A stretch of DNA of 64,000 nucleotides from Azolla caroliniana (Eukaryota > Plantae > Polypodiophyta). Each line of letters opens with the position of its first letter. Positions within the stretch are counted from its first letter, which is position 1. The notes under the pieces are model-generated. The model searched no databases, was not told the origin of the DNA, and worked only from the letters and a program-made list of their open reading frames with translations. Where the stretch lies: assembly GCA_043228905.1 (NCBI GenBank), contig JBHGNT010000001.1, forward strand, positions 24,304,001 to 24,368,000, written 5' to 3'. Both the position numbers and the translations under genes were made by a program. This document shows, piece after piece, positions 36,412-48,400 of the stretch.

Positions 36412-38460
36412 GAGGATTCGCCTCCGAGACTATCTCGATTCCTTTCGCACCGTTAGGAATTAGACCGATCTTTGGTTGTCAAGAATCTTTATTCGTGCAA
36501 AGGCTGCTCCATTATCGAACACTTTGGTCTCCATCCGAGATGATGTGATATAAGGTTGCCCTAGGATGACAGGATGCGACGCCGATTCTTGTACGAAGAA
36601 GTGTTGATCCATCTCCACATCCCCGATCGTGACTTTGACATTGGGACAAGCTCCGTACAAATCCTCCGTAGACTTTGTTGCCGCATGAATCTTCCATCCG
36701 TGGTTTGTATTGATTGGCCACCTTCCTTTTTTGTAGAAGTCGGTTGACATGAGGTTAATCTCCGAGCCGTGGTCGATCAAGGCTACCACGATCTCTTTCT
36801 TCTCCCCAATCTTCACCGGCGTCTCCGTTGTCGCTCGTGCCCAATGAGGTCGAGTGTAGTGGCTATCCACCATATCTTCATCGATTTCGTCTCTTGCCAT
36901 TGTTATGGCATTCGTTATTGCTTTTTGCGGCTTCTCTTCTTCCTCGTCCGATTGTTGTCTCTTTCTCTTTACAAGGTCCACGATCGTGTCATGGAACTCC
37001 TTCTTCGTAATGCCAAGCAATTCCCTCAAGGACAAAGTTACGTGGCTATCAAGAACTCGTTCTTCGAGAATCTTCTTTAGGTCCGTTGTCTACTCTATGT
37101 CCGACCTTAGCTTATAGGTAGGTATAGTCCTAGTCCTCCGAGCGGGGTCTTCGACACCAACCTTCACGGGCCGAACCGTTTCTTCAACTCGTATGCTTGG
37201 CTCCCCTTTTCGGCTTGATTCTCGTTCCTTCGTTTGTGAAGGTCGACTCGTCTCCGCATTGTCCTTCTTTTTCGCGTTCCTTGTTTCATGTCTTTTTGAT
37301 GGGCCTTGCTCTTCTATTCTCTTTCTCTTTTCATCGACGAACACCTCGTGGTTGTCGCACATCACCTCTGCGAGTATGGTGTTGTCGTCCACCGGATCCG
37401 ACCACCCGGTTATACTTTGCACACTTCGGTCCGCAAGCTCTACCTCGTTCGATGTGATTTTTCCCTTCTTCTGATATTCGAGAACGGAAGTCCAAAACTT
37501 TGCTCCCGCTCTAGCAGCTTCAGTCTTGTCTTTCCCGACTCTTATTCCGGCCGACGCAGCATAGTGCATCGCATCCACATGAGTCGCATCGGCATCCTCC
37601 ATAGATCTCTTCATTCCTCCTCTTCCAAAATTCACCCGTAGGGGTCTTCTAGTCTCGCTTGAGCAGATCATGTTATCCTCAATGTATACGATATTTTGTC
37701 GAATCGCCTCTTGAAGGCTCGCACAATCCCTTCTCATGTGGTCCATGCTATCGCACCACACGCATCTAAAGGGTTCTTTTCCTTTAGGGCCCCGATGATT
37801 CATGTTGGCTAGCGTGACCTTCTCGAACTTCTTCGCTAGCTCTTCAATGATGTCGTCATCAATCTTCTTTTCTTCCACGTTACTTTGTCTTGGCGGCTCA
37901 GCTACTTTCGGCGGTCTTGCTTTCTCCGTGGTAGTCGATCCCGTCAAGTCGGTGTCATCAACCCATTGGTGACGCTTGTCGAGCCTATTGCATGCCCGCT
38001 TCACCGCGATCCAGTCCGCTACAAGCCCATTTGCTTGGGTATCATCTTCGAGAAGAGTCCCCAACTCCCGCCTATCCTTTATATCCATGGCCTTCAAGAA
38101 GTACAAAGTCTTGTCCTCTTCAAGCAACACTTGGTCCGTATTGGGGAGACGACTAAAAATCTGGTCGAATTCGTCGTACACCCTCGAGACGCTCATCTTC
38201 TTATTCTTCTTCTCTATCCACTTCATCGGGGCATGTCGAGTCATCCTCGTTGAGTCTTCAGTCACGAACTCCGCTAGTATCGTTTTCTCGAACTGGGACC
38301 ATGTTGTCTTACCTTCTTGAAGCTCGATGACGCGTCTTTGGATGTTGTTGGCGACAACTCTCTTGAAGCTTGCGATTTGACGTGCCTCGGACACGTCCCT
38401 CTGATCCATCTCCCTTCTATATGCATCAAGGAACTTCGTAACATTCCTTCCATCGAATTG
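36402..38460 (-). pseudogene. Gypsy-2 gag-protease ORF (5' truncated)
   Basis: CVWCDSMDHMRRDC zinc knuckle; ALIDHGSEINLM..VILGQPY protease; the TAG at 37090 corresponds to Q in Gypsy-3, so gag and PR are one ORF. Confidence 0.88.
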
Positions 38461-39471
38461 GCCACCTCCACTCTTAGTTCAAGTTACCTTGAACTCTCTA
38501 TGCTCCACACATAGACACAAAGATAATATCTTTTGCTCCACCTTATATATGATGAGAGCCGTATTTGTCGTGCCTATGTGGGATATCTCACAATTTTCTC
38601 TTTTCTTTTCACAAACTTTATACCCTCATATCTTGACATTTAGTTGTCCATTTCTCGTGTAATAAAGTGCATTCGAAACCTCCATCATTGTGTACTTAGA
38701 TATTAAAAATGTTATCTTCACAATTATTGTATTATGTGATTCTTACTCGATTTCGTACGTTTTATGGGATTTTCACACTATTGCCGAAAATCTTCATGAC
38801 AGCATAAACCGGGAGGCTGTTAGGAAAGATATTCTGTGAGGAATATATTTGGGAGTTAGTGTAGGAGCTCTTAATGAGCATTGAAGTACTGTCAGTACTT
38901 CGGTCAATCCTTCTAGGACTTGTATAAAAGTGTTCATTGAACACACATATGTATAGAGTGTGGTGAATAGAGATTTAGTACTGTTGTTGAATATAGTTCT
39001 TGTTTTTTTCCTCTCTCACTCTCTCTGTCTCTCCCGCGTATACTGCGTAAGGTCAAGCTCTCCATTAAACCTGAGTTTTCTTCCTTTTGTTCGGTCTTCA
39101 TACTTGCTTCCGCACGTTACTCTTTACATAATGTATAGAGTGTAACAGAGAGGAGAGAGGGAGGGAGGGAGCGATACAGAGTGTGTGTCTCCGCTGTAAC
39201 TACCGCTAGGCGAAGGTTGAGAGCAAGAGGTCGTTGCCTCTGTGCTCCCTGTTGTATTCCTTGACATAGTGATAGTTCAGATTCTGTGCGTTCCCGTGGT
39301 TTTTCGCTCTTAGGGTTTTCCATGTTAACATATTGTGTACCCTCTCTCATATTGTCTGTGTACATGCGCATTTACCTTCATTGCCCATTTCTTCTGTGGT
39401 TGTGTTTCTAACGAAGTGATTGAAGCCTCGGTTGTGGCCGAGCATTATTCCACATAGTTCTTGTCACGAGG

Positions 39472-42400
39472 CTAGTTCCCGACTCGCCCATCGCAAGCTC
39501 TTACAATGGCTTTTACGATAGGCCTGTGTCTGCGTTCTATCTTTCCATTAGCCTCCGGGTTATAAGCGGTCATGAGAGAGAGCTTCACTCCAAGTCGGTC
39601 AAAGAGCTCTGTAGCTTCGTGAGCGTTCAACTTTCCTCTGTCGGCCACTATCTTCCCCACACATCCGTACTGGCAGATGACATCCTCAAGTAAGAATTTA
39701 CACACCCCCGCCGTCGTTTTGTTTGTTAAGGCTCGCCCTTCTACCTAGTTTGTTCGGTCTTCTCTTGCTAGCACCAAATATTTCATTTGGCCCACTCCCA
39801 TCGGCATCAAAACCAAATCCACCATCCATTTGTAGAGTATGGTGAGTGGGTAGATCGGGTGCAACTCGTGCCTATGGCGTATGTTTGAGTGTATCTGGCA
39901 GCTTTCACACGTCCCCACGAAATGGGCGACATCCTTGTACATTCACGACCACCAATACTTCTCCTTTAACTTCTCAAATGTTGTCCACGTTTCTCTATGG
40001 CCCGCCCAAGGACTCTCATGGAACTCAGACACCAATGTTATCTGGTCCTCTTTCTTTATGACCACTCGTTGTGGCATCCCTGTCCTTCTCTTTGGGTGTC
40101 TCCAGAGGAATCCCCCTCGTAGGAAGTACTTGTACGCTTTCTTTCGGACTCTCTGTGCTTCCTCCTTCGACCATGAACTATCCACCGCCATTGAGCTTAA
40201 GAACTTGCCATTGTGTAGCCACTCCTCTTCGTATTCACTTTCGTTGAAGGTGTGGAGTACTCGCACATCTCGATCATCTATAGACACTTGGGCTGTCTTA
40301 AAGAAGTCAAGAGCAACATTCTCATCTTCAGACACAATGTCGCTTTCGCCCTTGAATCTTTCCCTCGATAGCATATCGGCCATGGCATTGTTCTTCCCTG
40401 AAATGTGGTGAATCTCAGGGTTCATTGATTTGATGTAAGCAATCCATCTTAGCATAGCTAGGTCAGGTGTTGCACATCCCGAAACCATCCCTAGGATTGG
40501 AAGGCAATCCGTCTCTATTACCACCTCTGACCCGATTAGGTAATCTTTATTTGCCTTCACTGCAGACACAATACCCCAAAGCTCACATTTTACTTGGGCG
40601 TATCCTCATTGTCGCTTGCTTAAGACCTTGGCTCCAAACTAGATGGCGTAGCATGTACCATCCTCTCCTTCTTGGTTGATGACCCATCCGATCCCTGTTG
40701 GACTCATATCTACCGTCACGTAGATGGGCACCCCTTCCTTGCATATGGCTTTTCATAAAGCTGGTGCCGCTACCAACATTCCTTTGAGCCTCTTCATTGC
40801 CTCAATGTGCTCTTCCTCCCACTTGAACTTCCACCCCTTCTTGAGTAGCCCATACAAGGGCTCAGCTAGGTGAGCATAGTGCGGGATCCAGATGTGACGG
40901 CGTCCACCTTTGCCAGGGATGGTTTCCGTCTGTACGCCCCACACAAGTGTCCCACCACAAGGATCTCTGGTTGGCCGAATGCCGATTTCTCACCCGAGAA
41001 GGTCAAGCGTGCATCTTCGAGTCTTTGTAGAACCTTCTCGCAATTGGAGATGTGATATGCCACAAAACGTCTGCACCCATCCTCGTCCAAGGTTTCATCT
41101 TTCTCCGATTCAGAGCACCCTTTTATGGGGATGTCATCGAGGAACGACATGGTGATGTCGGGGATGCAATCTCTCAATACCTTGTTCATTGTGTTTACCA
41201 TGTGGGCTACAGAGTTAGTGCCTCCCTGTGGCATGGTACACATTCGCACTAGGCTGATAGGGGTCCGCATCGTCGTGATGTGCCTACACTCCACAACTAG
41301 TTGGAATTGATCATACCCCGAGTATAGATCACCGATTGAATAAATAGACCTTCCAGCGAAGGCCTCCGCGAATTCTTCAACGCTCGGTCCGACCCCTACA
41401 TTTCAAATTGTCACTTGATTAACAGGTTGTAGGTCCTGGATGAAGCGTAAGGTGCCGTTCTTCTTTGGCACAATGAACCACCAAATTGAGTCTAGGGCGC
41501 TTGATGGCTCGAGGATACCCATCTCAATATTTTCCTTGAGTAGCTCAATCAATTTCAGGATGTGAGCTCTCGGAACCAGGATTGGCTTGATGTTCCATGG
41601 TACATGTGGCACCGTAAAGATCACCATTGGCTCCACGATCTTAGGGTTTACACACCCTATCTGACCCGACGAGAAGGCGAAAGCCCTTCCGTGGCTTTCA
41701 TCACCCTTCTAAATCTTTCCTCCTCCCTAGGCAATAGGAAGCCACCCCCACCAATCCGGATCTTCTGTCGCGTCTCGTCGGTGAACCAGTGCCCTATGCC
41801 TCATGGGTCCCGCAAGCTAGGATCAGCCGCTACCCCCTTTATCCGATCCCAACTATCATTAGGAAATGGGGCAGCCACAAGATTCACCTTCTTGTCCATG
41901 CTCTTGTACTTTGTTTGCGCCTTGACCGTCCTTGCTTCCTCAATCAACCGCCCAAGCTCTTCGATGGCGTTGTACATGTCAACTGAGTTGATTGGAATTA
42001 CCTTGTCTTCATTGAGGCCCGAAACAACTACCCTCTCCATCTCTCTGAGAGTGTCATCGAACTAGACCGCCTCCATGGCGCCTCTTCTGGTGTCATCTTC
42101 CCCCAATAAATTACATTGTTTGAGATACCTTTCGTATCTGTTGGCCCTAGACTTATCTCTATCACTTAAACTAGTAATTTTACAAGCACCATTTTCGGAG
42201 AACCAAAATTGTTTCCTATTACATTTAATAGTTTCACAAGGGTTTAGGGTCTTAGTTTGCCTCGGGCTATTGTGGCCCGACTCTTTAATAGCCCGCATCA
42301 AAAATCCTCTCGGCTCTCCCCTTTAAGGGAGGCTCGATTGCGCTCATGGTTGGGCCTCACCGTAAGGAATTGGACCGAATGCTTCCCATCTTGGCTCTTG

Positions 42401-44379
42401 ACCCTCACATATGCCGACCCGTTGTCTAGCCCCTTCGTCTCCATGCGAGCCGCCGTGATGTATGGTTCACCCAAGATGACCGGGTGCGAGGACGTCTCTT
42501 GAACAAAGAAATGTTGATCTACTTCTACATCCCCCACTTTCACACATACATTCGGGCAAGCCCCATATAGCTCCTCGGTTGCTCGGGTCTCCGCTCTAAT
42601 CTTCCACCCGTGCTTCGTGTTGATCAACAACTTTCCCTTTTTATAAAAGTCCATGGACATAAGGTTGATCTAAGAGCCATGGTCGATCAATGCCACAATC
42701 GGCTCGTTTACATCCCCAACCCGTATTGCTGTCTCCGTTGTCGCTCTTGTCCTATGTGCCCTCGTGTAGTGACTGTCCGCATAGTCCTCGTCTTCCTTGG
42801 GAACCTCAGTTGACAATCGTGGGCTTTGCTACTTCTTGCTCCATCGAGAGCCGTTTTCTCTTCATTAGGTCAATGATGACCTCGTGGAACTCTTTCTTGG
42901 CAATTCCAAGGACCTCTCCCAGAGTAAACTCTACGCGACTATCGAGGATCCTTTCCTCCACTACCTTCTTCAAGTTCGTTGCTTGTTCGATCTCCGAGCA
43001 AAGCTTGAAGTTGGGGGTGTTCCCCTTCTCTTTCCATCTTTCGTCCCCTGCTTGAGACTGGTTTGGCTCTTCCCTTCTTCATGCACCTCGAGCGTCGTAA
43101 TTCCTTGATGGACCGGCTCCCTCGTCATTTCCTACCTTCTTCTCTTCTACCATTACTTCGTAGTTTTGGCAAGCGGCTTCCACTAAGCCTGTCTTTTCTT
43201 CCACGGGATCCTTCCACCCGGTTGCTTCTTGGACCCTTCTTTCCGCTTCGTCCGCTTCTTCACTTTTGAACTTTCCCTTAGAGAGGCTCCCAAGGATTGA
43301 CGGCCAAAAGTCAAACTCTTTCTCCTCTTGCCTCCTCACCTCTTTCCCCACTTGGATCCCAACCGATGTCGAGTAGTGGACGGCTTCAACATGTCGTGCT
43401 TCGGCCTCCTCCATTAGCCTTCTCATGCCCCCTCATGACAATCCCAAGGGGCGACTTGTCTCCGTCGAATAGACCCTATTGTTCCAAAGATAGACAATAT
43501 CCCTTCTTAGGGCCTCTTGAAGGTCTCCACAATCCCTTCGTAGGTGGTCGGGATTGTCACACCACATACATCTTTGCGCAAACGGGGGATGTCGATCTTG
43601 ACTCTCTCTCCTAGCTTGCGCTATTTGGAGATCTCGCACCATCTTTGTGAGCTCGTCTATTGCCGACCCTCCCGATGGTGCTTCAACCACGTTTCTCTTG
43701 GGGATGAACCTTGCATTTGCTTGCTCTCTTTCTTGAGGTGCTCTACCACCCCTGGGTTCGTGTGTCTCACTAATGGAGCCTGTGGATGTTTGGCCGCTCA
43801 ACGGAGACCAGTCGTTCCATTCCCTTCTCTTATCAAAGCAGCTACAAACCCGTTTTACCATAGCCCAATTCGTCGTGACCCATCATCAGTTTCGAGGAGG
43901 GACCCCACCTTCTCTCGGTCTTGTGCATCAAAAACCTTTATGAATAGTAGGACCTTGCTTGTGCCAAGCACCATCCTATCGAGAGCCGAGGGTCGCGCGA
44001 AGCGCTTCTCAAATTCTTGTAGAAGTACCATGGTATTTCTCCCCTTGCCGGAAAGCTCAACCCACTCCATTAGATCCCTTTTCGAAATTCTGAGTGAGTC
44101 ATCAAGGCCGTATTTCTCAAGGAGTCTTTCTTCGAACTCCACCCAATTGTAACAGTCCGCTTGGATCTCGAGTACCTCTGCGTGGATACTTGGCGTTACC
44201 ACTCTAGCGAATCCGGTTAGCCGCCTATCTTCGGGGATGTTTCGCATAAGCATTTCGGCCTTATAGGCATCCAAGTAGCTCGTGATATCTCTTCCATTGA
44301 ACTGACCCGTTACCGCCGCTGCTATTGCTTCAGCGAGTTCTCCTCCTCGCATCTTGGTTCTCCCTTGCCGCCCTTTCAC
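39472..44379 (-). pseudogene. Gypsy-3 gag-PR and RT-RH-INT, degenerate
   Basis: Collinear with Gypsy-2 (CMWCDNPDHLRRDC, ALIDHGS, SFLDD, YNPEANGKIER). Confidence 0.9.
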
Positions 44380-44760
44380 GCCTGGTTCACCAATTTATGT
44401 TGCCAAGTTTCGCACGCGTGTGTTACTTGGGCAGGACCACGGGGGTCTTGGACTAGGGAGTACTCAAGGGACAAATAATTAATTAATTAATTATTTTAAA
44501 TCTTATAAATATAAAGCACTCTTCGAACCCACTCTACGAATCCTCACTCTACGAACTCACTCTATGAATCCTCTCTACCTTTTATCTCTCCTCTCTCTTA
44601 CTTTTTACACGAGCTTCTATACATCCTTCTCACCCTTTCTTTTCCCTTTTATTTTGCATATACACAATTAATCGCCTTCGTGTGCACACACATTGCACAT
44701 GCACATTTTGACACCCCTTTCACCGGTTTTTCCAACTCTCAAGCACACCACATGACGACA

Positions 44761-45413
44761 ATGAATTAGGACAAAAGCGGAAACGAATCGGAGATAACCG
44801 ATTCGGTTCGAATGTTCGATTCAAAGACGCCGAATCAACTAAAGGCCAAGCAAAAGAAAGGGCAACGAAAGTGGCGGCAACACCGCGACAACAAGGGAGC
44901 TCGGAAAGGCCGCATGAGTAGACAAGCTGACCGAAAGGGTTGAGGCGGGTGGAATTGAATGGGTCGAGGAGTGCAACTGAGGCATGAAGTCAGGAGAAGC
45001 TGGAGCAAAGAACCGAAACAGTAGGCGGAACCTCAAGTTGAGGTTGAGGGGGAGTTTTGAGATACAAGCTCAACATTGGGTTCGTAAACCGGTGCATAAA
45101 CCAGTGCGTAGACTAGGTGTGTAACTAAAGGTCATATCGGTACGTAAACCAGGAGACCGTTGGATAGATATTCCGCGGAGGAATATATTTTGTGAGTTAG
45201 TGTAGGGGCTCATTGATGAGCTTTGAAGTACGAGTCAGTACTTCTATCAGTCCATATGAACTTGTATAAAAGTGCTCTCTGAGCACATTGTATGTACAGA
45301 GCGTATTGTATTGTTTGAATAAAGTTTCTATGGTTTTGCTCTCTCTGTCTCTCCCGCTTACTCTGTGTTTTCTTTTGTTCTAATCTTTCCATTAAACCTT
45401 CTATTCGTTATTC
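44761..45413 (+). mobile_element. Copia-A-family 3' end: 3' extension, PPT and truncated 3' LTR (from 45055)
   Basis: AACCTCAAGTTGAGGTTGAGGGGGAG followed by T(T)TTGAGATACAAGCTCAAC; homologous to the reverse complement of 6130-6200. Confidence 0.8.
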
Positions 45414-45457
45414 TGTTGGGGATGAACAAGGCCGTCAGTGCGGAAGAGGTCACTCAG

Positions 45458-48400
45458 TATGAATATGTGAGGAAGAAATACCTACGTATGAGAAAAACAA
45501 GAACAATATACGCACAGAGAGAGAGACACACACACACAAAGAATATATCTATATTCATAAAAGGGAAACAGTTACAACCATGAACAACCAACCTTTACAA
45601 AAGGTTACAAAGTCACTTTATATAGTGACTCACTTAGGGCAACTACCCTTTATGTTATTTATAGAAATAGCCCGAACTTGGGCTCTCTAAGAGGATAGTG
45701 TGAATACGTCCATTATACATTTGTATTCGACACTCCCCCGTAATGGGCGTATACATGGGTTATCCAAAGAAATACAGGTATAGGCATAAGTTCTCGGACG
45801 GGTCGGTTTTGTTCGAATCGGCATGATCCGTAGACAGAAAACCGAACTGGTTGGATCAGAAAGGCTGAAGCCGATCGTTAGTGAACCGATGTTTGTTGTC
45901 CGAAGCCGTTCTGCACTGTGTCCGGCTTCAACCGGACCGATATGTTGTTACGCCCATCTGTTGCCGAAGAGACCGGAACCGGTCTACCGAAAGACACTTG
46001 GTCATTCCATCTACGACATTATCGATTGTGGATATCTTCTCTAGACCAATTTTCCCGGAAATGACGCAGCCCCGAACAAAGTGATATCGAACTTCGATAT
46101 GCTTGGAGGCGTTGTGATGAACCAGATTTTTCGACAAAGCAACAACACTCTGACTGTCGTTGTAGACAACTGGGGCCGAGTCGGAGTCGACTTGCCGAAA
46201 TGTGTGCGCTAGCCGACCGAGCCATAAAGCTTCTTTCGCTGCATCGGAGGCAACTACATATTTTGCTTCGGTCGTTGAGGTGGTTGTGCACTCCTGAAGT
46301 TTCGACTTCCACGAGATTGCTCCATTGCTGAATTTAAAGCAATATCCGGTTGTTGACTTGCGACTGTCCACACAACCGGCGAAGTCCGAGTCGGTGTAAC
46401 CGACTACACCTAAAGTTGAGTTCGGACCGAAAAGGATGTCGTGGTCTTTTCTGCTAACTAAATATCTGAACACATGCTTGACTGCGTTCTAGTGCGATCG
46501 GCGGGATTGTGCATAAATCTGCTGATGACTCCTACGGCGTGAGAAATATCAGGCCGTGTCACGACCATCGCGTACATCAGAGAGCCTACTGCCGGTGCAT
46601 ACGGTGCTGACTTCATATCTTCCCCCTCCGGACCGGATGTCGGGCAGTCTCGCTGAGAAAGCCGAAGATGAATGGGGAGCAGGGTCGAAGCAAACTTGGC
46701 CGATGGCATGTTGAAGCGTTCCAAGACACGTCCGATGTAGTCGGTTTGAGACAGAAAAAGCTGTCTTTTGGCGCGATTCCGACTAATCTTCATTCCGAGT
46801 ATGTGTCTTGCCGGACCGAGGTCCTTCATGGCAAACTTCAATCGCAGTTTCCGAACGAGTTCGGTGAGCTCTCCGGTATGCCGACCGGAGAGTAGCATGT
46901 CGTCCACGTAGATGATGAGGAAGACGGTAGAACCGTCTTGAGCTATTTTGGTGAAGAGGCAGTGGTCCTCATCACTCTTGTACCACTGTCGGGGTGCCTG
47001 TTTCAGGCCGTAAAGACTCTTCCTGACTCGGCAGACTAGATGTTGCTAACCGGTGGTGACAAAGCCTTTCGGCTGCTCCATGTAGACTTCCTCCTTTAGA
47101 TTACCGTGGAGGAATATCGTTTTCACATCTAGTTGAATTAGCTCCAAATTGTCGGCGGCCACAACACCGAGCATGAAACAAACGGTTGTCATTTTCACCA
47201 CTTGTGAAAAGATTTCGTTGAAGTCGACGCCATATTCCTGCCGAAATCGCTTCGCCACTAATCTGGCCTTGTACTTTGGGGTGGTCGAGTCGGACATCTC
47301 CTTTAGTCTATAGACCCACTTGCAAGGAAGAGCACGTCGATCCTTCGGTAAGTCGACCAGATCCCAAGTCTTGTTGGTGCGGATGGAGTGCATTTCCGAC
47401 TCCATTGCCAGATGCCAGGTAGCTGAATCGGCAGCTGCCGATGCTTCTTCATAGGACGTCGGTTCGTCAGTGTCGGTGAAGAAAATCCCAGGAGAGTACC
47501 TCTCCGGAGGTTGCGATAGTCTCTCAGATCTTCGAGGTATGACTGGACTGGTCGCACCGGGTGTCAATGTCGGATGGTTGGAAGCTGAGCCATTCGGCTG
47601 TGCCAAATCTGTGGATTCGGTGCGAGAGAAGTCGGTTACCTGTGAAACCGGTCGTGTGTTGTGTGTTGGGCCGTCATGAAGGGTTGACACTTCGGAAAAT
47701 ATTACCCTTCGGACTTCAATAGGCCTTTCGGCCGTTTTGTGCATAGTCGACTCATTGAACACGACGTCCGAACTTCGGACGATTTGCCTGTGCTCGGGGT
47801 CCCAGAGTCAGTATCCGATCTCGCCGTCGGGTCCGTACCCGAGGAAAACGCATTTCCTTGATCTCGGTTCGAGCTTTCGGCGATCGTCTTTTGGTATGAG
47901 GGCGTATGCCGGTCCATATTTCCTGAGGTATCTTAAGTCCTAGAGGTCTACTTGGCGACATATTGATTATGTGTACTGCTGTGAGTAGAGCCTCTGCCTA
48001 GAAGCCATCCGACAGTCCGGAGTGTTGGAGCATGGATACACCGCATTCTTGAATCGTCTGATTCATGCGTTTTGCGATTTCGTTCTACTCCGGGCTATAT
48101 GGTGCCGTATATTCACGTCTACTGCCACGTTCTCAGCAAAATTTGACGAATTCATCAGATTTGAACTCACCTCCATTGTCGGTTCGGAGACACTTCAGTT
48201 TCCGACCGGTCTGGTTTTCGACCATTGCGAGCCAATCTGAGAAGATTGAGAACACCCGATCTTTGGTTCTGATGGGGTAAGCCCACACCTTCCGAGTCGA
48301 GTCGTCAATGAAACTGACGAAGTACGAGGCACCACCGAGTGACTGATGTGGCATCGGGCCACAGACGTCCGAGTGGACCAAATTGAGCGGGCTCAACTCT

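Larger units (their letters stand above)
31799..38801 (-). mobile_element. Gypsy-2: near-complete tRNA-Trp-lineage Ty3/Gypsy element
   Basis: 3' LTR 31799-32860 with 12-bp terminal IR TGTCGTGAAGAT; partial 5' LTR 38463-38801; flanks GCGT/GCAT; PPT 32861-32877. Confidence 0.93.
31665..39128 (+). mobile_element. Copia-A solo LTR (31665-31798 plus 38802-39128), split by Gypsy-2
   Basis: TGTTGAG..CAAGCTCAAC start and GCTTCCGCA..TTTACA end as in Copia-A; perfect TSD TAATG (31660-31664/39129-39133). Confidence 0.88.
26140..39466 (+). mobile_element. Copia-B2 full-length degenerate Copia; both LTRs carry insertions
   Basis: 5' LTR 26140-27309; 3' LTR 31366-31664 plus 39129-39466; TSD CAAGG/CGAGG; PBS TGGTATCAAAG at 27313; PPT at 31354-31363. 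Confidence 0.93.
25406..44760 (-). mobile_element. Gypsy-3: degenerate tRNA-Trp-primed non-chromoviral Ty3/Gypsy element, split by Copia-B2
   Basis: 5' LTR 44398-44760; PBS 44376-44392; 3' LTR remnant 25406-25543 matches 44468-44593; gag-PR-RT-RH-INT at 39472-44379; INT C-term at 25544-26134. Confidence 0.88.
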
